Shown here: positions 1 to 11,600 of the stretch, piece by piece | Layout: each line of letters begins with the position of its first letter | Position numbering within the stretch: position 1 is the first letter of the stretch | Source of the DNA: Cyanobacteria bacterium P01_D01_bin.156 | Lineage (GTDB): Bacteria > Cyanobacteriota > Cyanobacteriia > Phormidesmidales > Phormidesmidaceae | DNA length: 64,000 nucleotides | Direction of reading: 5' to 3' | Assembly (NCBI GenBank): GCA_039024555.1 | Contig: JBCCQQ010000008.1 | Span: 32,001 to 96,000, forward strand | The notes under the pieces: generated by a model | Databases searched by the model: none | What the model saw: the letters and a program-made list of their open reading frames with translations, nothing else | Told to the model about the DNA's origin: nothing | Position numbers and translations under genes: made by a program

Positions 1-1031
1 TAGGGGGGCGAGGGTACATAGAAACTAATCTGGCTCCTCAAATCCTCAGGGATGCCAGAGTGTTAAGAATCTTCGAAGGGCCAACAGAATCCCTAGCAAT
101 GTATCTTGGTGCTCGCATACTGCATCAATCGTCAGACCTACAAGGATTTTTCGCAGAGCTCAATCTGACTTCACTATCTGATTCTCTGTTGGAAGCGGTT
201 AGTGAAATTCTGGCGTACTATCAGGGGCCACAATCACCCTTTGCCGATGAAGTCTCGGCAAGACAGCAAGCGAATTTCGTTGCTGGCAAGTTAGCTGCCT
301 GGACGTTAGCGATCGCATCCCTAAGGGCAACCGCTGCAGAGTCTGCCTATGTTAATTGGGCGCAGTATTATTTTGAACAAACCATTGCTCAGATCCTGGT
401 GGCTAATCCAGATGAAATATCGAATTCTGTCGGAATAGAGCAACAAATTAGCAGCTACGGTGACAGCGTTGGTAACGTTGAGCAAACTCTTGCAGGTGAG
501 AATCACTCCTTAGATGAGTGGTTGCGTGCGGAATCCTCAACAGGAACAACATCATTGGAAGAACGGTTGGCTGACTCCTTAACGGCCAGTGCTAACCAAA
601 ATAAAAATACTCTTTCTCACAAACCTCTATTGAAACAGAAGAAAGCCATCCAGCAATGGCTCACACAGTGGCTTGCTCAAAAGCTGAAGCTGCACCAGTC
701 TCAAATTTCCCTTGGTAGGGCTCTGGCTGACTATGGTGTAGATTCCATAATGGCTGTTGAACTGGCTCAAGATTTAGAAGATTTTCTAGTTCTGTCACAG
801 CCTTTAGATGTCACACTGGCCTGGAGTTTTCCAACCATCGAATCGCTGTCAGTTCATTTAGCCGAACTGTCCACGAACTATTTTCCAAAGTCACAAGATA
901 GTCAGAAAAGAGAAATTAGTCATCAGTCAATAGATTCACTTACTGAACAAGACACCGATCTTAAAAATCTGTCTGAGACCGAAATGGCCAATATGCTGGC
1001 GGCAGAGCTGGCAGCAGTGCGCGGGAGGTAG
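1..1031 (+). CDS. 5'-truncated starter protein: acyl-CoA dehydrogenase C-terminal part fused to an acyl carrier protein (probably the end of a FAAL-ACAD-ACP loading enzyme)
   Basis: The frame is open from position 3 and reads GGRGYIETNLAPQILRDARVLRIFEGPTE, matching the ACAD C-terminal GGxGY...RIFEG signature including the catalytic-type Glu. The C-terminal ACP has LADYGVDSIMAVEL and is followed by a helical docking tail. The GTG at 60 is internal. The FAAL domain is inferred and would lie outside the window. Confidence 0.8.
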   Translation, partial: GGRGYIETNLAPQILRDARVLRIFEGPTESLAMYLGARILHQSSDLQGFFAELNLTSLSDSLLEAVSEILAYYQGPQSPFADEVSARQQANFVAGKLAAWTLAIASLRATAAESAYVNWAQYYFEQTIAQILVANPDEISNSVGIEQQISSYGDSVGNVEQTLAGENHSLDEWLRAESSTGTTSLEERLADSLTASANQNKNTLSHKPLLKQKKAIQQWLTQWLAQKLKLHQSQISLGRALADYGVDSIMAVELAQDLEDFLVLSQPLDVTLAWSFPTIESLSVHLAELSTNYFPKSQDSQKREISHQSIDSLTEQDTDLKNLSETEMANMLAAELAAVRGR

Positions 1032-1033
1032 CT

Positions 1034-4000
1034 ATGATCCAATCGCGCTGGCCTGCAGCTAACAATTCTTCTGAAGGAAGTTTCGCTAACTATCGCGACT
1101 TGCTGCAGGAAGCGACTGTTCAGCTTCGTAAGCTGCGTAATCGGCTAGATGAACTAGAACAACGCCAGGCTGAGCCCATTGCCATTGTCGGCATGGCTTG
1201 TCGATTTCCCGGTGGAGCCAATACACCAGAGGCTTACTGGGACTTACTGCGCAACGGCGTTGATGCTGTGGGTGATGTGCCCAAACAGCGATGGGACTTA
1301 GACAAATATTACGATCCTGATCCAGCTACACCGGGGAAAATGTACACCCGTTCGGGTAGCTTTATAGATGCTGTCGATCAGTTTGACCCACAGTTTTTTG
1401 GTATTTCCCCCCGTGAGGCTCATAGTTTAGATCCACAACAGCGACTGCTGTTAGAGGTAAGTTATAACGCCTTAGAAAATGCTGGAATACCAGCATTTGA
1501 TCAACAAGGGACAGCTACCGGTGTATTTGTTGGTCTTAGCTTCGATGACTATGCCCAACGTAGTGTGCGCTCTGGAAATCCAGAACAGATTGATGCTTTT
1601 AGCAGCCTAGGCAATACTCGCAGCATTGCCGCTGGCCGCATTGCCTATGTGTTTGGCTTCCAAGGGCCAACAATGCAGTTGGATACCACATGTTCATCTT
1701 CGTTACTAGCGGTACATCTTGCTTGCCAGAGCTTGCGCAGTGGCGAGTGCAACCTTGCCTTGGCTGGTGGTGTCAATTTAATACTGTCGCCGGAAGCAAC
1801 CATTGGTTTTTGCAAACTTCAGGCACTTTCTCCCGACGGACGATGCAAAACCTTTGATGCGGCGGCTGATGGCTATGGACGCGGGGAAGGCTGCGGTGTG
1901 GTAATACTAAAGCGCCTGGAAGATGCCATTGCCAACCAAGACAACATTCTTGCTCTGGTTAGAGGGTCCGCCGTTAACCATGACGGCGTTAGCAACGGCC
2001 TAACCGCACCTAATGGTTCAGCTCAAACTGCCGTAATCCGTCAAGCTCTTCTAAACGCGCAGCTGGAGCCACAGCAGATTCAGTATGTGGAAGCCCATGG
2101 AACAGGGACATCCCTGGGAGATCCCATTGAATTGATTTCCCTAAATCAGGCTTTAGAAGGTCGTTCTGAACCATTATTGGTCGGTTCAGTTAAAACTAAT
2201 TTCGGTCATTTGGAAGCGGCAGCTGGTATGGCCGGATTGATGAAAGTGATTCTCTCATTACAGCATCATCAGATTCCGCCCCATTTACATTTGGCCACAC
2301 CCAACCCTTACATTCCCTGGAATCGATTAGCGATTGAGGTACCTACTCAGCTTACTCCCTGGCCTAAAACAACAGAGCCCAAACGAGCAGGACTAAGCGG
2401 TTTTGGCATGAGTGGAACCAATGTTCATCTTCTGGTAGAAGCAGCAGTTCAGCAAGATGCTGAGGCATTAGCCCAGATATTACCTACTAAGTCTCAGCGT
2501 TCTCTAAATATTTTGACCCTATCTGCCCAAACTGAGACAGCTCTGCAGGAACTGGCCAAAAAGTATCAAACCTGGCTCACAGAAACAAAAAGTTCTTTAG
2601 CAGATGTTTGTTTTACAACAAATACTGGGCGTTCTCACTTTAAATATCGTTTAGCCATCAGTGCTGCCAATGGAGACCACATGGTTCAGCAAATACATGA
2701 TGCGTTGAACGTACGGTTTACGGCAGATGGGCGGCATTTTGCTCAGTCCCGTAATTCAAAGGTTGTTTTTCTATTTACGGGTCAAGGCTCCCAGTATGTT
2801 GGCATGGGTCAACAGCTATACCAAACTGAGCCTGTTTTTCAAAGCGCCATTAATCAGTGTGCTGAGATTCTCTCTAAGGAGAATGTTCCTCTCCTTGAGA
2901 TTCTTTATCCAAATTCAAACATATCGACCGCTCTGCTGTTCTCTATTCACGATACTGTTTACACGCAGCCAGCCCTCTTCTCTCTGGAATATGCCTTAGC
3001 TAAACTATGGCAGTCATGGGGAGTTGAACCTGACTGTGTGTTAGGTCACAGCATTGGTGAATATGCGGCCGCTTGTATTGCAGGTGTGCTGAGTTTAGAG
3101 GATGGATTGAGACTAATTGCAGCACGGGGAAGGCTGATGCAATCGCTGCCAGCAGGTGGTGGTATGGCAGCGGTGATGGCTTCCCAGCAACAAATTTCTG
3201 GTTTTCTATCGGATGAAGTCACAGTTTCTGCGGTTAATGGTCCTCAAAATACGGTTATCTCTGGTGAACTAGGTGCTTTAGATAGGCTTGTTGCCCAATT
3301 AGAAGCCCAGGGATTTAAGGTCAAACGCCTCAGGGTTTCCCATGCATTTCATTCTGCTTTGATGGACCCCGTGCTGGCGGAGTTTAAGCAGATTGCCCAG
3401 ACCATTAGCTATGGTCAACCTGCTATTGATATTGTCTCTAGCGTCACAGGGAATTTGATTTCAACAGAAATGGGTAAGCCTAGCTATTGGGTGAATCAAA
3501 TTCGTCAGCCTGTGCAGTTTGCTCCGGCCATGGCATCTGTAGATGCCGAGGACGGTGGCGTCTTTATTGAAATTGGGCCACGTCCAACGCTAGTTTCCAT
3601 GGGACAGATTTGTATAGCTAACTTAGAGGCCCTATGGCTTCCTAGTCTTGCTCCGGCTAAAGAACCAGGTTCTTTAGAAAATACAGATTGGAAAACTCTC
3701 ACATCGAGTTTGTGCAAACTGTACGAAGCCGGATACTCCATTGACTGGGCGAGTTTTGACAAAGCTTATCCTAGAAAAACAGTATTGCTGCCAAGCTATC
3801 CCTTCCAAAGGAAACGCTATTGGTTAGACTCTGTTCCAAGTAGCGGAGTAAGTAAGCTCGTCAGCTTTCCTGGAACAAAAGAGTATCATCCACTGCTGGG
3901 GCAACAACTTTCACTAGCAGGAAATACGGCTCAATATTATGAAGCCAATTTATCCTCGGACACTCCTTTGAATTGGAAAGATCACCAGGTGTTCCAATCC

Positions 4001-7000
4001 ATTTTGCTACCAGCAGCAGCATATTTGGAAATGGCACTGGCAACAGGTCAAGATATTTTCAAAGAATCTGGCTATGAGATAACTGATGTACGCCTTCTAA
4101 AGGGATTGTGGCTAAATGAAGACCAATCTACACATCTACAGACATTAGTCACAAAGGAAGATTCAGTTCGTTATCAATTTGAAATCCACAGCAACCAAAC
4201 GAATGAATGGGTTAAGCACAGCAGCGGAGAGCTAATGCTGTCGACTACTCGCTCAACTTTGGATGTCGTAGATGCAGAAGAGATAAAATCAAAGCTAACA
4301 TCTGCCCTCTCCCATGAACAGTTTTATCAGCTCTACAGTGAGCGTGGGATTGACTATGGCCCCTCTTTCCAGGCCGTTCAGCAAGCTTGGTTAGGAGATG
4401 GGGAGGCGCTGGCCCAGATAGATAGGCGTATCTTATCTAAGGGACCATCGTTCCAGATGCATCCGGTGCTATTGGATGCCGGTCTACAGGTGGCTGGGGC
4501 TACTTTACAGGAGACATCTTCAGCATATTTACCAATATCTGTTGAGCGGTTTAGATGTTTCCAATCAGCAAATGTTGTAGCGGTGTATGCAAAAAGACGC
4601 ACTGCTTCACAAGCCATCATTGATGTTACTTGGGTTGATTCTGAGCATCAGGTTGTTGCTGTTCTCAATGGCCTGATGCTACAGGCTATTGAATTACCTA
4701 ACAGCTCTACTCAGTGGCTGCATCAGGTGGTTTGGCAACATCAACCATTGCCAAAGACTCCAGGAGACTTTTTGGTGACACCGGGGAATATGAAGGATGC
4801 GATCGCACCCCAGTTCACTCAACTTGTCCAAGCCTCAGATTTTCTCACTTACCAGGACCTGCAAACCGAACTCAATCGTTTGGCCTTGGCCTATATTGTT
4901 CAGGCACTCTCTCGAATGGGTTGGCCTCCTTCTCAAAAAGAAAGTTTCTCTAGTGTAGATCTAGAACAAAGATTGGGAGTTGTTTCTGAGCATCGACAAC
5001 TTTTTGAACGTTGCTTAGGCCTCCTACAAGAGGCTAGTATCTTAACCAAAGCTAATGGGCAATGGCAATTCACAGGCGAGCTACCAGGAGAAAATTTGGA
5101 GGAACTGGCGCAGTTCCTCCAGAAGCAGCCGTTGTTAGGCTCTGAGATCGTTTTATTGGAACGTTGCGGAGAAAATTTGGCCGCCGTTCTTCAAGGCCAG
5201 ATTGATCCCTTGGAACTACTTTTTCCCAAAGGAGACTTAACAACGCTCACGCAGCTCTATCAAAGCTCGGTGGGTGCCCAGGTAATGAACCAGCTGGTGC
5301 AGATAACCATCGCTGGGACCATAGCCCACGCACCACGTCCCCTACGCATCCTAGAAATTGGCGCGGGCACGGGAGGTACTACCGCTGAGCTGTTACCGTT
5401 ACTTGCAAATTTAGGACAGTCGCTTAACTACGTCTTTACCGATATTTCTCCCCGATTCACCGCTGCTGCCGAAGAACGATTTCGTGAGTTTCCATTTGTC
5501 GACTATGCTCTACTGGATATTGAAAAGTCACCTGAAGAGCAAGGGTTTGCGGCGGACTTCGATTTAGTCATTGCGGCAAATGTCCTCCATGCCACTGCTG
5601 ATATTCAGCAGACCCTGCACCATGTAAATACGCTGTTAGCACCGGGAGGTCAGCTCGTTCTGCTGGAAGGCACTGCCCCCGTCGGCTGGATTGATTTGAT
5701 CTTTGGATTAACTCCTGGCTGGTGGAAGTTTACGGATTTAGACCTGCGGCCTAATCATCCACTGCTCTCGGTTAATCAATGGCAAGGTGCTTTACAGTCA
5801 GTCGGATTCGAAGAAGTTACAGCACTTGAACCTAATAACGATACGCCACTAACCCAATCGGTAGTCACTGCCCAGAAAATCTCCGTTAAACATCGGCATT
5901 GGTTAATCACGGGAAGCCAGCCAGCAGTTAAGGATCTGGTGAGTTCACTTAACAACGAAGAACAAACAGCGGAAGTTTGTGACCTAGACGCTCTCAACAA
6001 GATATTCAATCAACGTGCCAACTGTAATGGCCTGCTCTACGTCTTACCTGAGGCTACTGCCAAGACTGTTGTTTCAACTACTGAACGTATCTGTCAACAG
6101 CTTTTATCACTAGTGCAGTTGCTTAGCCAACTATCTCAGCCACCACGTCTTTACATTGCATCGACGGACAGTTCTTTAGAATCACAGCTGGCCCATGCGC
6201 CTCTATGGGGCATGGTGCAAACTCTACAGGTGGAGCATCCGGTACTACGGTGTACCCGTATTCAAGCCGATAATGTCGAGACTCTTACCACGGAACTTTT
6301 GGCGGATTCTGCCGAAACTCAGATAATTGCTGGGGTGCGAGCGCGTCAGGTAGCTCGACTAGAACCGTTCAATTCAGACGAGAGTCCTACCCAGCTAGTA
6401 TCGACGCAACCAGGTACTCTGACTAGTCTTGACTGGCAGTCAATGACGCTGCCTGAACCGGGTACTGACGAAGTTGTTATCCAGGTGCAGGCAACCGGGC
6501 TGAACTTCCGCGATGTGTTGATTGCTATGGATCAGTATCCAGAGAACGCACCGTTAGGTTGTGAATGTGTTGGCACGGTTACTAAGGTGGGCTCCAAAGT
6601 GGGTCACCTAAAAGCGGGTCAAACCGTTATGGCCATTGCAGATAGAAGCTTTGCCCATGAGGTAGTGGTCCATCAGAACCTAGTCGCACCCATTCCTGAA
6701 AATGTTACCCCTATTGAAGCTGCCACATTGCCCGTTGCCTTCACCACGGCTTACTACAGTTTGTGCCACCTAGCAAATCTACAGCCTGGTGAACGGGTCC
6801 TAATCCATGCGGCAACTGGCGGCGTAGGTCAGGCCGCAGTTCAGATTGCCCAGAGCATAGGGGCTGAAATTTTTGCTACGGCTAGTCCTGGGAAATGGGA
6901 TGCCCTCAGGGAGTTGGGCATCACCCACATTATGAACTCTCGCACGCTGGACTTTGCCAATGACATTATGTCGGCGACGGGGGGAAGAGGCGTTGATGTG

Positions 7001-8623
7001 GTGCTAAACTCCCTGCCCGGTGAATTTCGCACCAGAAGTGTTGCTGTATTAGCAACTAACGGACGATTTGTTGAAATTGGCAAAGGAGAAGGAATAGCAC
7101 CAGAACAAATTACCCAGATACGTCCTGACACCAAGCACTTTATCGTTGATTTAGCAGCTCTATGCCCTAAAGAACCCAAGCTAGTTCAGTCTATGCTCGG
7201 TCATGTGGTGGATCAAGTGAGGCAGGACGTTTGGACTCCTTTACCCGTAACAGAGTTTGCGCAAAGTGACATAATTGAAGCATTTCGGACTTTGCAACAA
7301 GCTAAACATGTGGGTAAAGTCATAGTTAAACAGTCTCAGCTTTCCTTCGCTAACTCAGATGAGAGCGTATTCCAGAACAATGCGACGTATCTAGTTACTG
7401 GCGGGTTAGGGGGGTTAGGGCTGACTACAGCCCAGTGGATAGCAGACTGTGGAGCTAGGCATATCGTTTTACTAAGCCGCCGCCAACCCAATGAAGAGGC
7501 CCAAAAGACGATTGCAGGATTAGAGAGCCAGGGCATTACAGTTACTGTCCTATCTGTTGACATCACAGATTATGGTGCTGTGAAGACTGCTTTGGCTGAG
7601 CTTAGTAGAGATACCAGATTTACAGGTGGACTAAAAGGAGTTATCCATGCAGCGGGCGTCTTGGATGACAGTCTAATGCAACAGATGGACTGGTCTCAAT
7701 TTAAAGAGGTACTGGCTCCCAAGGTTGCTGGAGCATGGCACTTGCACACCCTTACTCAAGAAAGTGATTTAGACTTTTTTGTGCTGTTCTCTTCTGCAGC
7801 GGCACTCCTAGGTTCTCCTGGTCAAGGAAATCATGCAGCAGCCAATAGCTTTCTAGATGGTTTAGCCCACTACCGACAACAGCTTGGTCTACCAGGATTA
7901 AGCATTAACTGGGGAGCTTGGTCCTCCATTGGCTCTGCCCTCAAGTATCAGCAGCAAGGAAATCTTAAGCATCTGTCTGGAGTAGATGTAATTACACCAG
8001 ATCAGGGGCTGGCTAAGTTGGAGACAATCTGGCAGACATCAGCGCCGCAGATTGGTGTTGTGCCCATTAACTGGTCAGAGTTTCTAATGCAGCCGTTGGT
8101 TAAAGATCTCCCACTGTTTGAGAATTGGCAACAAAATATAGCTCTTGTGCCATCTCAAAAATCAGTACATAAGACTTCTCAAACCTTCTTAAAGGAGTTT
8201 CAGAGCACGCCTCCTGAAAAACAACGCCAGCTGCTAGAAGTCTATGTATGTCAGCAAGTTTGCCAAACATTAGGTTTCAAACAAGAAGAACTAGATCAGC
8301 AAGCAGGATTCTTTGATCTGGGAATGGATTCTCTTACAGCTTTAGAACTAAAGAACAGTCTCCAAAGCAGTTTAGATGTTTCTCTACCAAGCACTCTAGT
8401 GTTTGATCATCCTAATGTTGCTGCCCTACTAGATTATTTAGTAGAGCAGCTAGTCGATGGTGAATCTGAAGTAAATGAATCTGAAGCAGTTGTTCGGGAG
8501 CAGAACCTGGAGCCAACTGCTACTGAAGCAGCAGCACTACCAACAGGGGATGAACTGGCTGCTCTGATGGATGAGAAGCTAGCGGATATTGAAAACCTGC
8601 TTGGGGAAGGGGGTGCATCATGA
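1034..8623 (+). CDS. Type I cis-AT PKS module 1: KS-AT-DH-cMT-ER-KR-ACP
   Basis: KS DTTCSSS, HGTGT, KTNFGH. AT GHSIG and HAFH (malonyl type). DH DHQVFQSILLP and HPVLLD. C-methyltransferase LEIGAGTGG and ANVLHAT. ER LIHAATGGVG. KR TGGLGGLG and HAAGVLDD. ACP LGMDSL. Confidence 0.95.
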   Translation: MIQSRWPAANNSSEGSFANYRDLLQEATVQLRKLRNRLDELEQRQAEPIAIVGMACRFPGGANTPEAYWDLLRNGVDAVGDVPKQRWDLDKYYDPDPATPGKMYTRSGSFIDAVDQFDPQFFGISPREAHSLDPQQRLLLEVSYNALENAGIPAFDQQGTATGVFVGLSFDDYAQRSVRSGNPEQIDAFSSLGNTRSIAAGRIAYVFGFQGPTMQLDTTCSSSLLAVHLACQSLRSGECNLALAGGVNLILSPEATIGFCKLQALSPDGRCKTFDAAADGYGRGEGCGVVILKRLEDAIANQDNILALVRGSAVNHDGVSNGLTAPNGSAQTAVIRQALLNAQLEPQQIQYVEAHGTGTSLGDPIELISLNQALEGRSEPLLVGSVKTNFGHLEAAAGMAGLMKVILSLQHHQIPPHLHLATPNPYIPWNRLAIEVPTQLTPWPKTTEPKRAGLSGFGMSGTNVHLLVEAAVQQDAEALAQILPTKSQRSLNILTLSAQTETALQELAKKYQTWLTETKSSLADVCFTTNTGRSHFKYRLAISAANGDHMVQQIHDALNVRFTADGRHFAQSRNSKVVFLFTGQGSQYVGMGQQLYQTEPVFQSAINQCAEILSKENVPLLEILYPNSNISTALLFSIHDTVYTQPALFSLEYALAKLWQSWGVEPDCVLGHSIGEYAAACIAGVLSLEDGLRLIAARGRLMQSLPAGGGMAAVMASQQQISGFLSDEVTVSAVNGPQNTVISGELGALDRLVAQLEAQGFKVKRLRVSHAFHSALMDPVLAEFKQIAQTISYGQPAIDIVSSVTGNLISTEMGKPSYWVNQIRQPVQFAPAMASVDAEDGGVFIEIGPRPTLVSMGQICIANLEALWLPSLAPAKEPGSLENTDWKTLTSSLCKLYEAGYSIDWASFDKAYPRKTVLLPSYPFQRKRYWLDSVPSSGVSKLVSFPGTKEYHPLLGQQLSLAGNTAQYYEANLSSDTPLNWKDHQVFQSILLPAAAYLEMALATGQDIFKESGYEITDVRLLKGLWLNEDQSTHLQTLVTKEDSVRYQFEIHSNQTNEWVKHSSGELMLSTTRSTLDVVDAEEIKSKLTSALSHEQFYQLYSERGIDYGPSFQAVQQAWLGDGEALAQIDRRILSKGPSFQMHPVLLDAGLQVAGATLQETSSAYLPISVERFRCFQSANVVAVYAKRRTASQAIIDVTWVDSEHQVVAVLNGLMLQAIELPNSSTQWLHQVVWQHQPLPKTPGDFLVTPGNMKDAIAPQFTQLVQASDFLTYQDLQTELNRLALAYIVQALSRMGWPPSQKESFSSVDLEQRLGVVSEHRQLFERCLGLLQEASILTKANGQWQFTGELPGENLEELAQFLQKQPLLGSEIVLLERCGENLAAVLQGQIDPLELLFPKGDLTTLTQLYQSSVGAQVMNQLVQITIAGTIAHAPRPLRILEIGAGTGGTTAELLPLLANLGQSLNYVFTDISPRFTAAAEERFREFPFVDYALLDIEKSPEEQGFAADFDLVIAANVLHATADIQQTLHHVNTLLAPGGQLVLLEGTAPVGWIDLIFGLTPGWWKFTDLDLRPNHPLLSVNQWQGALQSVGFEEVTALEPNNDTPLTQSVVTAQKISVKHRHWLITGSQPAVKDLVSSLNNEEQTAEVCDLDALNKIFNQRANCNGLLYVLPEATAKTVVSTTERICQQLLSLVQLLSQLSQPPRLYIASTDSSLESQLAHAPLWGMVQTLQVEHPVLRCTRIQADNVETLTTELLADSAETQIIAGVRARQVARLEPFNSDESPTQLVSTQPGTLTSLDWQSMTLPEPGTDEVVIQVQATGLNFRDVLIAMDQYPENAPLGCECVGTVTKVGSKVGHLKAGQTVMAIADRSFAHEVVVHQNLVAPIPENVTPIEAATLPVAFTTAYYSLCHLANLQPGERVLIHAATGGVGQAAVQIAQSIGAEIFATASPGKWDALRELGITHIMNSRTLDFANDIMSATGGRGVDVVLNSLPGEFRTRSVAVLATNGRFVEIGKGEGIAPEQITQIRPDTKHFIVDLAALCPKEPKLVQSMLGHVVDQVRQDVWTPLPVTEFAQSDIIEAFRTLQQAKHVGKVIVKQSQLSFANSDESVFQNNATYLVTGGLGGLGLTTAQWIADCGARHIVLLSRRQPNEEAQKTIAGLESQGITVTVLSVDITDYGAVKTALAELSRDTRFTGGLKGVIHAAGVLDDSLMQQMDWSQFKEVLAPKVAGAWHLHTLTQESDLDFFVLFSSAAALLGSPGQGNHAAANSFLDGLAHYRQQLGLPGLSINWGAWSSIGSALKYQQQGNLKHLSGVDVITPDQGLAKLETIWQTSAPQIGVVPINWSEFLMQPLVKDLPLFENWQQNIALVPSQKSVHKTSQTFLKEFQSTPPEKQRQLLEVYVCQQVCQTLGFKQEELDQQAGFFDLGMDSLTALELKNSLQSSLDVSLPSTLVFDHPNVAALLDYLVEQLVDGESEVNESEAVVREQNLEPTATEAAALPTGDELAALMDEKLADIENLLGEGGAS

Positions 8624-11600
8624 GCAATCCGTCTTCCATAAGTGCCAATGAAAAACGCATGGCCCGCGCATTGCAGGTCATCGAGAAGCTCCAGGCTAGG
8701 CTAGCTACCCACACCGAACCCATTGCCATTGTGGGAATGGGCTGTCGGTTCCCAGGAAACGCCAATGATCCGCAGACATTCTGGCAGCTGCTAGCCGACA
8801 GGACAGATGCCATTAGTCAGGTACCTGACGACCGCTGGGATGCGGATACGTTTTATGATACTGACCCAGACGCTCCCGGCAAAATTGTTACTCGTAATGG
8901 TGGTTTCATTGACCACTTAAAGGATTTTGATGCTACATTTTTTGGCATCTCTCCTCGGGAAGCTGTCAGCATGGACCCGCAACAGCGGCTGTTGCTGGAA
9001 GTAAGCTGGGAGGCGATGGAACAGGGTGGCATGGTGCCTGAACAATGGATTAGTAAGCCGGTGGGCGTCTTTGTTGGTATTAGCAGCCACGACTATTCAC
9101 AACATTTATCGGGTCGTGATGAAACAGAAATTGATGCCTACCTGGCTACGGGCAATGCCCATAGCGTTGCCGCTGGCAGACTGTCCTACAGTCTAGGCTT
9201 TACCGGTCCTAGTTTAGTGGTGGATACAGCTTGTTCATCGTCGTTAGTGGCGGTACATTTAGCCTGCCAGAGTCTGCGTAATCAGGAGTGCAAGATCGCA
9301 CTGGCGGGTGGTGTGAATCGCATTTTGGCACCAGAGTTTAGTATTAATTTCTCTAAGGCCCATATGCTTGCTCCGGACGGCCGCTGTAAGGCGTTTTCTG
9401 CGGCTGCCGATGGGTTTTCCCGGGGAGAAGGCTGCGGCGTTGTTGTGCTTAAACGGTTATCTGATGCGTTGGCTCAGGGCGACAACGTCTTAGCCGTAGT
9501 GCGCGGTTCCGCAGTCAATCAAGATGGGCGCAGTAGTGGTTTGACTGTGCCTAATGGTCCTTCCCAACAGTCTGTGATTCGTCAGGCCCTAAACAATGCT
9601 GGGGTACACCCAGAACAAATTAGCTACATTGAAGCTCACGGCACCGGAACATCCCTGGGTGATCCCATAGAAATGGGGGCTCTGGGGGCTGTTTTTGGTC
9701 AGAGCCATTCACCCCAGAATCCTCTTTATGTTGGGTCAGTCAAGACAAACATTGGCCATCTGGAGGCCGCTGCAGGTATTGCAGGTTTAATTAAAGTAGT
9801 ACTGGCAATGCAGCATAAGACGTTGCCAGCACACTTACATTTCCAACAGCCCAGTCCCCACATTGACTGGAAAAATTTGCCCGTCACAATCACAGCTGAC
9901 GGCATACCTTGGAATAACGGGAAAGAGAAAAATCGATTTGCTGGCATTAGTTCCTTTGGGTTTAGTGGAACCAACGCCCACGTTATTGTTGAGTCGGTGG
10001 AGCAACCTGAATCCAGAGCTGCTAAAGCTAACTCTGCTCAAGGCCCCTATTTGTTAGCCCTCTCTGCAAAGTCTCCAAATGCATTGAAGGAATTAGCCAG
10101 TCGCTACGGCAAGAAACTGGCTGAGGCAGATCTTCGTGATCTATGCTGGAGTGCTTGGGCGTTGCGATCGCACCATCCCCATCGTCTCACCCTCGTCGCC
10201 GATTCTTCGGAAGAGGCCCAAACCCAGCTCAACACGTTTATTGCCGGACAACCCTCCCGGGTCAATACTGGTAAAGCCTCACAGCGAGCTCCAAAAATAG
10301 CTTTTCTCTTCACTGGTCAGGGCTCCCAGTACATCAACATGGGTCGCCAGCTCTATGAAACCGAACCTGTTTTTAGAGACACTATTGACCACTGTGCCAA
10401 GATTCTGAAAAAAGAAGGGATTAATTTACTGGAGCTGCTTTATCCGGAGCAAGGGAGCAGGGATAACGTCGGAAGTCGGAAGTCGGAAGTCGGAAGTGCT
10501 CTTCAACAAACTGTAAACACTCAACCCGCTCTCTTCGCCCTCGCCTACGCCCTGACTGAACTCTGGAAGTCCTGGGGTATCACTCCCGACGGAGTCCTGG
10601 GCCACAGCATCGGTGAATATGCCGCTGCTTGTACAGCTGGAGTGATGGATTGGGATATGGGCTTAAAGCTGATTGCAACACGCGGTCGGTTGATGCAGGA
10701 CCTCCCTGAAGGTGGAGGGATGGCGGCTGTTATGGCCTCGCCTGAGAAAATTAATGGGTACTTAGCGCACGGCATTACCGTTGCAGCGGAAAATGGCCCC
10801 AACAGCACAGTACTTTCCGGCCCGCTCGCAGAGCTCAAAAATATTTTAGATAGCTTAGAAAAACGAGGTATTCAAACAAAACTTCTACGAGTCTCCCACG
10901 GGTTCCATTCTGCATTGATGGCCCCGATGCTCCAAGACTTTGCCAGTGTTGCCCATAGTGTTGCTTACCAGCAGCCCCAAATTGAAATGGTGTCTACGGT
11001 AACCGGGGAGGCAATTACTGAGTCCATTACGGCTGACTACTGGGTAGGCCATATTCAACAACCGGTAAAGTTTTACCCAGCCATAGAGCGGGTGACAGAT
11101 TACGACATTCTGATTGAAATTGGGCCAAAACCAACATTAATTTCCCTGGGTCGAGACTGTTTATCAGATTGGTCAGGGCAGTGGCTACCTAGTTTACGTC
11201 CAAGTCGAGATGGTCAGGTATCGGAACGTCAGACAATGTTGACTAGCCTGGGACAGTTACATGTAGCGGGCGTTAAAATTCAGTGGCCCGCTGCCCCAAG
11301 CAATCGTGTGGCTTTGCCCACCTATCCATTCCAACGCCAGCAGTATTGGATCGATGTCGCCGCAAGACAAGTAAAACAGCATCGGGGACAAAATCCCCTG
11401 TTGGGTGAACGACTCAGGTTAGCCCGCACTAAGTCGGTGTTCTTTGAAAACGAAATCAGTGTTGTGTCAATACCCTTTTTGGCAGAGCATCAGGTATTTG
11501 AGACGACAGTATTCCCGGCGGTAGGCTATTTAGAGATGGCCATGGCGGCTGGGAAAGCCTCTGGCACCGGCCTACGGGCGGTGACGTTTCAGCAGGCATT

